From the NCBI GenBank assembly GCA_032718475.1, contig JAUCBJ010007147.1:1-64000 (forward strand): a DNA stretch of 64,000 nt. Reading direction: 5' to 3'. Position 1 is the first letter of the stretch. Each line of letters opens with the position of its first letter. Both the position numbers and the translations under genes were made by a program. Positions 14,101-26,892 of this stretch are shown piece by piece. This DNA is from Nemertoderma westbladi. Lineage: Eukaryota; Animalia; Xenacoelomorpha. The notes beneath the pieces are model-generated. The model ran no database searches. It saw only the letters and a program-made list of their open reading frames with translations, and was not told the DNA's origin.

Positions 14101-17100
14101 GGTTTGGGAACACAGACGACTTCCAGGTAGGTTTGGGAACACAGACGACTTCCGGGTTGGTTTGGGAACACAGACGACTTCCATGTAGGTTCGGGAATAT
14201 AGATGACTTCCGGGTTGGTTCGGGAACACAGACGACTTCCAGGTAGGTTTGGGAACACAGACGACTTCCGGGTTGGTTCAGGAACACAGGCGACTTCCAG
14301 GTTGGTTTGGGAACACAGACGACTTCCAGGTTGGTTTGGGAACACAGACGACTTCCAGGTTGGTTTGGGAACACAGACGACTTCCAGGTAGGTTTGGTAA
14401 CACAGACGACTTCCGGGTTGGTTTGGGAACGCAGGCGACTTCCATGTAGGTTCGGGAACATAGATGACTTCTGGGTTGGTTCGGAAACACAGACGACTTC
14501 CAGGTAGGTTTGGGAACACAGACGACTTCCGGGTTGGTTCAGGAACACAGACGACTTCCAGGTAGGTTTGGTAACACAGACGACTTCCAGGTAGGTTTGG
14601 TAACACAGACGACTTCCGGGTTGGTTTGGGAACACAGACAACTTCCATGTAGGTTCGGGAACATAGATGACTTCCGGGTTGGTTCGGAAACACAGACGAC
14701 TTCCAGGTAGGTTTGGGAACACAGACGACTTCCAGGTAGGTTTGGTAACACAGACGACTTCCGGGTTGGTTTGGGAACACAGACGACTTCCATGTAGGTT
14801 CGGGAACATAGATGACTTCCGGGTTGGTTCGGAAACACAGACGACTTCCAGGTAGGTTTGGGAACACAGACGACTTCCGGGTTGGTTCAGGAACACAGAC
14901 GACTTCCGGGTTGGTTTGGGAACACAGACGACTTCCATGTAGGTTCGGGAACATAGATGACTTCCGGGTTGGTTCGGAAACACAGACGACTTCCATGTAG
15001 GTTCGGGAACATAGATGACTTCCGGGTTGGTTCGGAAACACAGACGACTTCCAGGTAGGTTTGGGAACACAGACGACTTCCAGGTAGGTTTGGTAACACA
15101 GACGACTTCCGGGTTGGTTTGGGAACACAGACGACTTCCATGTAGGTTCGGGAATATAGATGACTTCCGGGTTGGTTCGGAAACACAGACGACTTCCAGG
15201 TAGGTTTGGGAACACATACGACTTCCGGGTTGGTTCAGGAACACAGGCGACTTCCAGGTTGGTTTGGGAACACAGACGACTTCCAGGTTGGTTTGGGAAC
15301 ACAGACGACTTCCTGGTTGATTCGGGAACACAGACGACTTCCAGGTAGTTTCGGGAACACAGACACTTCCGGGTTGGTTTGGGAACACAGACGACTTCCA
15401 GGTAGGTTCGGGAACACATACGACTTCCATGTAGGTTCGGGAACACAGACGACTTCCAGGTAGGTTCGGGAACACAGACGACTTCCAGGTAGGTTTGGGA
15501 ACACAGACGACTTCCGGGTTGGTTTGGGAACGCAGGCGACTTCCATGTAGGTTCGGGAACACAGACGACTTCCAGGTAGGTTCGGGAACACAGACGACTT
15601 CCAGGTAGGTTTGGGAACACAGACGACTTCCGGGTTGGTTTGGGAACGCAGGCGACTTGCAGGTAGGTTTGGGAATATAAACGACTTCCAGGTTGGTTTG
15701 GGAACACAGACGACTTCCAGGTAGGTTTGGGAACACGGACGACTTCCTGGTAGGTTTGGGAAATGGGAACACAGACGACTTCCAGGTAGGTTCGGGAACA
15801 CAGACACTTCCAGGTAGGTTTGGGAACACAGACGACTTCCATGTAGGTTCAGGAACATAGATGACTTCCGGGTTGGTTCGGGAACACAGACGACTTCCAG
15901 TTTGGTTTGGGAACACAGACGACTTCCAGGTTGGTTTGGGAACACAGACGACTTCCAGGTAGGTTTGGTAACACAGACGACTTCCGGGTTGGTTTGGGAA
16001 CGCAGGCGACTTCCATGTAGGTTCGGGAACATAGATGACTTCTGGGTTGGTTCGGAAACACAGACGATTTCCAGGTAGGTTTGGGAACACAGACGACTTC
16101 CGGGTTGGTTCAGGAACACAGACGACTTCCAGGTAGGTTTGGTAACACAGACGACTTCCAGGTAGGTTTGGTAACACAGACGACTTCCGGGTTGGTTTGG
16201 GAACACAGACAACTTCCATGTAGGTTCGGGAACATAGATGACTTCCGGGTTGGTTCGGAAACACAGACGACTTCCAGGTAGGTTTGGGAACACAGACGAC
16301 TTCCAGGTAGGTTTGGTAACACAGACGACTTCCGGGTTGGTTTGGGAACACAGACGACTTCCATGTAGGTTCGGGAACATAGATGACTTCCGGGTTGGTT
16401 CGGAAACACAGACGACTTCCAGGTAGGTTTGGGAACACAGACGACTTCCGGGTTGGTTCAGGAACACAGACGACTTCCGGGTTGGTTTGGGAACACAGAC
16501 GACTTCCATGTAGGTTCGGGAACATAGATGACTTCCGGGTTGGTTCGGAAACACAGACGACTTCCATGTAGGTTCGGGAACATAGATGACTTCCGGGTTG
16601 GTTCGGAAACACAGACGACTTCCAGGTAGGTTTGGGAACACAGACGACTTCCAGGTAGGTTTGGGAACACATACGACTTCCATGTAGGTTCGGGAATACA
16701 GACGACTTCCAGGTAGGTTTGGTAACACAGACGACTTCCAGGTAGGTTTGGTAACACAGACGACTTCCGGGTTGGTTTGGGAACACAGACGACTTCCAGG
16801 TAGGTTTGGGAACACAGATGACTTCCGGGTTGGTTCAGGAACACAGACGACTTCCAGGTGGGTTTGGAAACACAGACAACTTCCAGGTTGATTCGGGAAC
16901 ACAGACGACATTCCACGTTGGTTTGGGAACACAGACAACTTCCAGGTTGATTCGGGAACACAGACGACTTCCAGGTAGGTTTGGGAACACAGACGACTTC
17001 CTGGTAGGTTTGGGAAATGGGAACACAGACGACTTCCAGGTAGGTTTGGGAACACATACGACTTCCATGTAGGTTCGGGAACACAGACGACTTCCAGGTA

Positions 17101-20100
17101 GGTTTGGGAACACAGATGACTTCCGGGTTGGTTCGGGAACACAGACGACTTCCAGGTGGGTTTGGAAACACAGACAACTTCCAGGTTGATTCGGGAACAC
17201 AGACGACATTCCACGTTGGTTTGGGAACACAGACAACTTCCAGGTTGATTCGGGAACACAGACGACATTCCACGTTGGTTTGGGAACACAGACAACTTCC
17301 AGGTTGATTCGGGAACACAGACGACTTCCAGGTAGGTTTGGGAACACAGACGACTTCCAGGTAGGTTCGGGAACACAGACAACTTCCAGGTTGATTCGGG
17401 AACACAGACGACATTCCACGTTGGTTTGGGAACACAGGCAACTTCCAGGTTGATTCGGGAACACAGACGACTTCCTGGTAGGTTTGGGAAATGGGAACAC
17501 AGACGACTTCCAGGTAGGTTCGGGAACACAGACACTTCCAGGTAGGTTTGGGAACACAGACGACTTCCATGTAGGTTCAGGAACATAGATGACTTCCGGG
17601 TTGGTTCGGGAACACAGACGACTTCCAGTTTGGTTTGGGAACACAGACGACTTCCAGGTTGGTTTGGGAACACAGACGACTTCCAGGTAGGTTTGGTAAC
17701 ACAGACGACTTCCGGGTTGGTTTGGGAACGCAGGCGACTTCCATGTAGGTTCGGGAACATAGATGACTTCTGGGTTGGTTCGGAAACACAGACGACTTCC
17801 AGGTAGGTTTGGGAACACAGACGACTTCCGGGTTGGTTCAGGAACACAGACGACTTCCAGGTAGGTTTGGTAACACAGACGACTTCCAGGTAGGTTCGGG
17901 AACACAGACGACTTCCGGGTTGGTTTGGGAACACAGACGACTTCCATGTAGGTTCGGGAACATAGATGACTTCCGGGTTGGTTCGGGAACACAGACGACT
18001 TCCAGTTTGGTTTGGGAACACAGACGACTTCCAGGTTGGTTTGGGAACACAGACGACTTCCAGGTAGGTTTGGTAACACAGACGACTTCCGGGTTGGTTT
18101 GGGAACGCAGGCGACTTCCATGTAGGTTCGGGAACATAGATGACTTCTGGGTTGGTTCGGAAACACAGACGACTTCCAGGTAGGTTTGGGAACACAGACG
18201 ACTTCCGGGTTGGTTCAGGAACACAGACGACTTCCAGGTAGGTTTGGTAACACAGACGACTTCCAGGTAGGTTTGGTAACACAGACGACTTCCGGGTTGG
18301 TTTGGGAACACAGACAACTTCCATGTAGGTTCGGGAACATAGATGACTTCCGGGTTGGTTCGGAAACACAGACGACTTCCAGGTAGGTTTGGGAACTCAG
18401 ACGACTTCCAGGTAGGTTTGGGAAATGGGAACACAGACGACTTCCAGGTAGGTTTGGGAACACATACGACTTCCATGTAGGTTCGGGAACACAGACGACT
18501 TCCAGGTAGGTTTGGGAACACAGATGACTTCCGGGTTGGTTCGGGAACACAGACGACTTCCAGGTGGGTTTGGAAACACAGACAACTTCCAGGTTGATTC
18601 GGGAACACAGACGACATTCCACGTTGGTTTGGGAACACAGACAACTTCCAGGTTGATTCGGGAACACAGACGACATTCCACGTTGGTTTGGGAACACAGA
18701 CAACTTCCAGGTTGATTCGGGAACACAGACGACTTCCAGGTAGGTTTGGGAACACAGACGACTTCCAGGTAGGTTCGGGAACACAGACAACTTCCAGGTT
18801 GATTCGGGAACACAGACGACATTCCACGTTGGTTTGGGAACACAGACAACTTCCAGGTTGATTCGGGAACACAGACGACTTCCTGGTTGATTCGGGAACA
18901 CAGACGACTTCCAGGTAGTTTCGGGAACACAGACACTTCCGGGTTGGTTCGGGAACACAGACGACTTCCAGGTTGGTTTGGGAACACAGACGACTTCCAG
19001 GTTGGTTTGGGAACACAGACGACTTCCTGGTTGATTCGGGAACACAGACGACTTCCAGGTAGTTTCGGGAACACAGACACTTCCGGGTTGGTTTGGGAAC
19101 ACAGACGACTTCCAGGTAGGTTCGGGAACACAGACGACTTCCAGGTAGGTTTGGGAACACAGACGACTTCCAGGTTGGTTTGGGAACACAGACGACTTCC
19201 AGGTAGGTTCGGGAACACAGACGACTTCCAGGTAGGTTTGGGAACACAGACGACTTCCGGGTTGGTTTGGGAACGCAGGCGACTTGCAGGTAGGTTTGGG
19301 AATATAAACGACTTCCGGGTTGGTTTGGGAACACAGACGACTTCCAGGTAGGTTTGGGAACACGGACGACTTCCTGGTAGGTTTGGGAAATGGGAACACA
19401 GACGACTTCCAGGTAGGTTCGGGAACACAGACACTTCCAGGTAGGTTTGGGAACACAGACGACTTCCATGTAGGTTCAGGAACATAGATGACTTCCGGGT
19501 TGGTTCGGGAACACAGACGACTTCCAGTTTGGTTTGGGAACACAGACGACTTCCAGGTTGGTTTGGGAACACAGACGACTTCCAGGTAGGTTTGGTAACA
19601 CAGACGACTTCCGGGTTGGTTTGGGAACGCAGGCGACTTCCATGTAGGTTCGGGAACATAGATGACTTCTGGGTTGGTTCGGAAACACAGACGACTTCCA
19701 GGTAGGTTTGGGAACACAGACGACTTCCGGGTTGGTTCAGGAACACAGACGACTTCCAGGTAGGTTTGGTAACACAGACGACTTCCAGGTAGGTTTGGTA
19801 ACACAGACGACTTCCGGGTTGGTTTGGGAACACAGACAACTTCCATGTAGGTTCGGGAACATAGATGACTTCCGGGTTGGTTCGGAAACACAGACGACTT
19901 CCAGGTAGGTTTGGGAACACAGACGACTTCCAGGTAGGTTTGGTAACACAGACGACTTCCGGGTTGGTTTGGGAACACAGACGACTTCCATGTAGGTTCG
20001 GGAACATAGATGACTTCCGGGTTGGTTCGGAAACACAGACGACTTCCAGGTAGGTTTGGGAACACAGACGACTTCCGGGTTGGTTCAGGAACACAGACGA

Positions 20101-22547
20101 CTTCCGGGTTGGTTTGGGAACACAGACGACTTCCATGTAGGTTCGGGAACATAGATGACTTCCGGGTTGGTTCGGAAACACAGACGACTTCCATGTAGGT
20201 TCGGGAACATAGATGACTTCCGGGTTGGTTCGGAAACACAGACGACTTCCAGGTAGGTTTGGGAACACAGACGACTTCCAGGTAGGTTTGGTAACACAGA
20301 CGACTTCCGGGTTGGTTTGGGAACACAGACGACTTCCATGTAGGTTCGGGAATATAGATGACTTCCGGGTTGGTTCGGAAACACAGACGACTTCCAGGTA
20401 GGTTTGGGAACACAGACGACTTCCGGGTTGGTTCAGGAACACAGGCGACTTCCAGGTTGGTTTGGGAACACAGACGACTTCCAGGTTGGTTTGGGAACAC
20501 AGACGACTTCCTGGTTGATTCGGGAACACAGACGACTTCCAGGTAGTTTCGGGAACACAGACACTTCCGGGTTGGTTTGGGAACACAGACGACTTCCAGG
20601 TAGGTTTGGGAACACATACGACTTCCATGTAGGTTCGGGAACACAGACGACTTCCAGGTAGGTTCGGGAACACAGACGACTTCCAGGTAGGTTTGGGAAC
20701 ACAGACGACTTCCGGGTTGGTTTGGGAACGCAGGCGACTTCCAGGTAGGTTTGGGAATATAAACGACTTCCAGGTTGGTTTGGGAACACAGACGACTTCC
20801 AGGTAGGTTTGGGAACACGGACGACTTCCTGGTAGGTTTGGGAACACAGACGACTTCCAGGTAGGTTTGGGAACACAGACGACTTCCAGGTTGGTTTGGG
20901 AACACAGACGACTTCCATGTAGGTTTGGGAACACAGACGACTTCCGGGTTGGTTCGGGAACACAGACGACTTCCAGGTAGGTTTGGGAACACAGACGACT
21001 TCCATGTAGGTTCAGGAACATAGATGACTTCCGGGTTGGTTCGGGAACACAGACGACTTCCAGTTTGGTTTGGGAACACAGACGACTTCCAGGTTGGTTT
21101 GGGAACACAGACGACTTCCAGGTAGGTTTGGTAACACAGACGACTTCCGGGTTGGTTTGGGAACGCAGGCGACTTCCATGTAGGTTCGGGAACATAGATG
21201 ACTTCTGGGTTGGTTCGGAAACACAGACGACTTCCAGGTAGGTTTGGGAACACAGACGACTTCCGGGTTGGTTCAGGAACACAGACGACTTCCAGGTAGG
21301 TTTGGTAACACAGACGACTTCCAGGTAGGTTTGGTAACACAGACGACTTCCGGGTTGGTTTGGGAACACAGACAACTTCCATGTAGGTTCGGGAACATAG
21401 ATGACTTCCGGGTTGGTTCGGAAACACAGACGACTTCCAGGTAGGTTTGGGAACACAGACGACTTCCAGGTAGGTTTGGTAACACAGACGACTTCCGGGT
21501 TGGTTTGGGAACACAGACGACTTCCATGTAGGTTCGGGAACATAGATGACTTCCGGGTTGGTTCGGAAACACAGACGACTTCCAGGTAGGTTTGGGAACA
21601 CAGACGACTTCCGGGTTGGTTCAGGAACACAGACGACTTCCGGGTTGGTTTGGGAACACAGACGACTTCCATGTAGGTTCGGGAACATAGATGACTTCCG
21701 GGTTGGTTCGGAAACACAGACGACTTCCATGTAGGTTCGGGAACATAGATGACTTCCGGGTTGGTTCGGAAACACAGACGACTTCCAGGTAGGTTTGGGA
21801 ACACAGACGACTTCCAGGTAGGTTTGGTAACACAGACGACTTCCGGGTTGGTTTGGGAACACAGACGACTTCCATGTAGGTTCGGGAATATAGATGACTT
21901 CCGGGTTGGTTCGGAAACACAGACGACTTCCAGGTAGGTTTGGGAACACAGACGACTTCCGGGTTGGTTCAGGAACACAGGCGACTTCCAGGTTGGTTTG
22001 GGAACACAGACAACTTCCAGGTTGGTTTGGGAACACAGACGACTTCCAGGTAGGTTTGGTAACACAGACGACTTCCGGGTTGGTTTGGGAACACAGACGA
22101 CTTCCATGTAGGTTCGGGAACATAGATGACTTCCGGGTTGGTTCGGGAACACAGACGACTTCCAGGTAGGTTTGGGAACACAGACGACTTCCGGGTTGGT
22201 TCGGGAACACAGGCGACTTCCAGGTTGGTTTGGGAACACAGACAACTTCCAGGTTGGTTTGGGAACACAGACGACTTCCAGGTAGGTTTGGGAACACAGA
22301 CGACTTCCGGGTTGGTTTGGGAACACAGGCGACTTCCAGGTTGGTTTGGGAACACAGACAACTTCCAGGTTGGTTTGGGAACACAGACGACTTCCGGGTT
22401 GGTTCAGGAACACAGGCGACTTCCAGGTAGGTTCGGGAACACAGACGACTTCCATGTAGGTTCGGGAACATAGATGACTTCCGGGTTGGTTCGGGAACAC
22501 AGACGACTTCCGGGTTGGTTCGGGAACACAGACGACTTCCAGGTAGG
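5114..22547 (+). repeat. ~17.4-kb satellite, 29-bp unit, ~600 copies, with higher-order structure
   Basis: Consensus ACACAGACGACTTCCAGGTAGGTT(T/C)GGGA. Variants include CCGGGTTGG, CCATGTAGG, CCAGGTTGA, a +6 form (GGGAAATGGGAA) and shortened forms. Copy number is length divided by 29. Confidence 0.98.
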
Positions 22548-23460
22548 CAGTTTACAAAAACAAGCGAAATGGCATGGAATCTATCAATCTGCTTACTGGG
22601 CGGAAAAGCCAACCAACCACCAAGGTTAAGGCTGAATCACCAGCCGATCGCCTCAATGGTTGGAAAGCCCACTTTGAAAAGCTCCTAAATAATGACAGGG
22701 TATTGCCTGATAACTTTATAGAAGTAAAAGTGTCTGAGTCTGTACTCCCAGATATTCCCATTGGCGATATCTCCTTTGCAGAAGTGAAGGCTGCTGCAAA
22801 GAGCATTAAGACCAATCGTGCCAGTGGAGTAGATGGTGTTCCCCCTGAGGTCTTTAAAATACCTGAGTGTTTAAAGCTCATCTATCCCATCATAGTAGAC
22901 ATGTACCGAACATCAAGAGTCCCACAAGAAATGAAAACAAATAAGTTGGTGCCAGTTCCCAAGAAGGGCAACCTAACACTCTATGGTTCTTTTCGGGGAA
23001 TCTCATTGATCTCGATTGCTGCAAAGCTATACAATAGGATTCTATTAAATCGCATCAGGGATCCCATTGAGAGACTGCTCCGTGGAAATCAGAATGGGTT
23101 CCGTAAAGGTCGTGGGACCATGGAGCCCATTTTGGCACTTAGAAGGATAATTGAAGAGTTATCAAAAAAGAAAGACAGGCATCTGGCTGTTATCTTTGTT
23201 GACTTCTTCAAGGCCTTTGATTCAGTCTCTCGCTCACGTATGTTCAGCATACTTTCATTATATGGGATTCCTGATGAAATTATTGCAGCAATCAGATCAG
23301 TATATGATGGTTCGACAACATTTGTGTCTACTGTTGACGGTGACACAGAACCATTTGAAGTGTTATGGGGCGTCCTCCAAGGAGACACACTTGCACCATT
23401 CTTGTTCATTATTGTGGTTGACTATGTTCTACGCATGTCCGTAGATCATTATAATGATAC
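22548..23460 (+). mobile_element. RTE-like non-LTR retrotransposon, N-terminal half of the RT region
   Basis: RASGVDGVPPE, VPKKGNL, FRGISL, QNGFRKGR, FVDFFKAFDSV, GVLQGDTLAPFLF. Breaks before the YADD motif. Confidence 0.9.
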
Positions 23461-24010
23461 TACTAGGATCGGCATGCTGCATTGCAGCTGCATTTTTAAG
23501 AATGCTGTGCCGGCTTGTCAACAAAATTGCACCGCCACAACTCCCTATCACCCATGACATTTGCTAGATCATCCGCATCTTTAAGGCCAGTGTCCTTTAA
23601 GATGCGTCTCAAGAAAGTCATGGGCTGTCCACCATGCTTATTCACTCCATGAGGCTGCCAAAGTACAAGATTATGCACTGGCTGGTCCTCACGGCAAAAG
23701 CAATGTCCTGCAAAGCGGAGGCGATTTTGTTCTAGTGTCAAGCTTGGGGGAACCAATGAGACACCTCCAATGTTATATAGTGTCTGGTTGGAGATGTGTG
23801 CATTGTACTTGACACAATGTACCCGGCGTAGCATTCTTGTGAATGTGCCATCCAGAGATTTGGTGTCCTCAGCAGTTAGAGCCCAGCATGGACTCCCATA
23901 GAGGAGTACTGGAACTACTGCTGCTCTAAATAATCGGACCTTAAGTTTCCGATTAATTCTCGGTGACTTCCAAATCCTGGAAAGCCTATTCAAGGCTGCC
24001 CATGCAGAAC
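23458..24010 (-). mobile_element. RTE-like LINE 3' segment, inverted relative to the adjacent RT fragment
   Basis: Minus strand RLSRIWKS..LKVRLFRAAVVPVLLYGSPCWALT..RLRFAGHC..MGDRELWR, then a short TAGTAGTA tail. Homologous to the C-terminus of the LINE at 59171-60050. Confidence 0.85.
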
Positions 24011-24659
24011 TACCTAAGAATACTAATTAGTAAATATTTACATAGTAGGCCTATAAAGTGTAAAGTGACAGAATACAGGAATATGGAATATTGCACGGCT
24101 CTAATGCTGTAATGACAGAATAAAGTATACTCGATGACATTGCATTAAATATTAACTATATATATATTAACTATATAACCCCGTATGTACATCAATCTTG
24201 TAACCCCCCCCCCCCCCCCCCCCCCCCCCCTACACCACCTACCCTACTAACCTAACCCGTCCCCTAATGCCGAACTGCTGCACTAATGCCGGTACTGCAG
24301 TACAGTAAGAGTGCCGATTCCCATCCCATAAATTCCCCACCACCTATACCCGCCGACATACCGTCGCTACTGACTCCTACACCTCTGCCCAAATCCCCGC
24401 GCCGACGACCCCAATCTAGCCCAGTTCAGGCCTGATCGTGCAGTAGTCCGACTGACGACACAGAACACAGAAACAAACCTGTCTACCAACCCCCTCCACC
24501 ATCACGATTCATAAGCCAGTACTGCTGTACCGGTATGTCACCCCCAGACTGCCCCCCCCCCCCGCACAACAAACACCCACCTGCCTATGCGTATGGCCGT
24601 CCACACAAAAAATCCACACGCAATCCGGTTGCGTCCGTTCACACGTTCAGGTAGAGATC

Positions 24660-26290
24660 CTATATTGTTGGCTTACTCTTGTTCAAAGTTGGTCCGCACC
24701 TATGTATGTAATTAGCATCGGCATGGATGCGATCGCTGTCGCTCCTATATGCCCTAAACACTGTCACCCGCAGCTGGGACAGCTCACATTGTCTGAAATG
24801 CTCACACGTGTCTTCGTCGTGTTCACTGTATTCGGGGGCCACCTGCGTCCTAAATCCATTAATTACTGACCTATGGGTATTCATTCTCTATCTTATACGC
24901 TGCTCCGTCTGTCCTATGTAAAACTCACTCGGGTGGTCCTTGCAGGAAATGAAGTACAGTACGTTGAAGCAGGTACAGTCGAACGCGCCCACCACCTTAT
25001 CCCCCTAAGGTGTCCTCTCACAATCCACTATCCAGGGGCAGGTCATACACCTGGGACGCCCACACTATCTATTCCCTTTCCATTCTGGTTTAGTCCGCTT
25101 TCTCACTAGCATGTTCTCCAATTTATATCCGTGCTTCGCTGTCATACCCATGTTCAACCCCCACTTCTCCAGCGTGCCCCCGTATTTCTTTATCACACCC
25201 TTCAGAGCTGATCTCGTTGAGCCACTCACCGCCAGAAATACCCTTCGGTAATCCACCCCAGTGTACTGTACTACCCCCTCCGCCTTCTCCCAACTGCTCA
25301 CCCCTCTAACCTCGTTAAGAAAATCCACGGGGTAGCCCATAGCCCAACAGTCTGTCAGGTATCTATCCCTCGCTACAATGAACTGGTCACCCCCCCCCCC
25401 CCCAGTCAATCTCCAGAACCTTTTCACTTGGCCTTTAACCACACCCTCCAGAACTCTATTGTCGTGGTAACTACTGTATGGAATCGGTAATTTATTGGAA
25501 AGGGGTTTAAAGTGCACCCCCGTGATAATACCACTGCCTATACCACTAACAAAAAGGTCCAAATCCAAAAATGTGGACTTCTCATGTGAGAAATCTACTG
25601 TAAACTGTATGGAATCCCTCCCAAATATAACCTTACTGCCCGCGTTGTATCGCTGAATTATGTTTGTTTTCTCGGTCGCAGTTAGAACCTTACTGAAAAT
25701 CCCCTCCCCGTCGTCAACAAACGTTTTAAAATAAATAGCACCAAACAGGGTAATTAACCCAACATGCTCGTGTATACGATGGACCGTCAGTACTGCAATA
25801 GACTTACCCGCTGGACCCCCCATACCCAACCCTTTAATTAATAAATAGAATTTACCACAAGCTTTAAAATAGGTATGAGTAATTACAAAATAAAGCAACG
25901 CATTAATCTGTTCCAAAGTATAACCCGAAATATCCACTAAATCCGGGTTCTCCTTTATTGATGAGGATATGGCGTCGGTCGCCAAAGCGTGGTCGACCGA
26001 CGGATACATGTCGACAACGTCGAGAGCCATAAAAGTAACTCCCTCATATGACGCCGTTGGTAGCTGCTTCTTTGCCGAAGCTGAATCCGGGACAAAATGT
26101 GGCGTGCATTCCAGCAACGGTTGGAGAATGGAATTTAGGAGTTGCGCTGCCCTCTCCGAAACAGTTCCCATAGCCGAAATAATCAACCGTGCTTTGGGTA
26201 AGCTGACCCCTTCCCCCCAATCGAGCGAGTCATCCGAGCGATCGGAACAAATATATTTTTAGATACAAGGGGAGTCCCCAGTGTTGAACC
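24660..26290 (-). mobile_element. Penelope-like element (Neptune-type) remnant: RT, Cys linker, GIY-YIG endonuclease
   Basis: RT motifs RLIIS, LDVVDMYPSV, GLGMG, FVDD, FLDL, FKP..YSSYH. The same frame continues through three TAG stops into CGRPRCMTCP, NVLYFISC, FYIGQT and RMNTHR. Confidence 0.88.
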
Positions 26291-26892
26291 TATCTTTCTA
26301 TAATCACAACAGCTTTTATAATTCATTAGATGATTACAACATAATAATTATAGTTTGAAATTGTCTAGAAAATTTTTCGTACACCACCGGGGCTACACTC
26401 ACACTAATTTATTATCAGACAGAACAAAAAGCTTTTACTTGACTCGTACTGTCTCCTACGACTTGCTTCACGGGCCGCCAGGCCCGTCTCTAGTAGAGTA
26501 GAGTAGAGTGATAATACTTGGCACAGAAAGTACTTCTTTGTTAGTTGGCCCTTCCTATTGAATGGATTATCAGGCCATCTCGTGTACATTTTTCATGAGT
26601 GCCAGCTGGTGTTTTTATCATTGCGCCTATGGCAATTTTCGTGTTTTGGGGCTATTTTTCGAAATAAAACAAGTTGAGATGTTTCAATTTAAACCGCGAT
26701 TTCTCAAGTACCCATAGAAATCTATTTTCATGGTTCATGCAAAATTTCATCAAAATCGTTAGAGCCGTTTTTGCTCTAGATCAGTAGCCAGTAGTCAGTA
26801 GCTTTTTTTTCTTACAGTAATCAAGTGTAACGACTTGCTTTCAAGACTAAGGACTTGCTAAATATTACTAAATCCATTTTGTTACTTTTCAG

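Larger units (their letters stand above)
5131..26892 (+). other. TOP1: 21,762-bp GT-AG intron of TOP1
   Basis: Donor GTAGGT at 5131 and acceptor TTACTTTTCAG ending at 26892. Joining gives [29 protein letters not shown], colinear with human [29 protein letters not shown]. Confidence 0.92.

Noticed and set aside
5170-22520. ETS (ACTTCCGG) and CSL/STAT-like motifs in satellite variants
   Set aside because: Short motifs multiplied by amplification, with no independent support.
5114-22547. CRISPR array
   Set aside because: Units are contiguous with no unique spacers, there are no cas genes, and the context is eukaryotic.
4957-22612. Very long minus-strand ORFs (up to 1868 aa)
   Set aside because: The consensus 29-bp unit has no stop on the minus strand, so all frames read the same repeat peptide. 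Artefact of the satellite.
24445-24490. Hammerhead ribozyme near the Penelope element (CTGACGA...GAAAC)
   Set aside because: It is on the strand opposite the element and has no pairing stem II.
26630-26780. Possible Helitron-like or MITE fragment; similar AT-rich pieces at 28366-28490 and 56307-57130
   Set aside because: Resemblance only. No termini or TSD could be defined.
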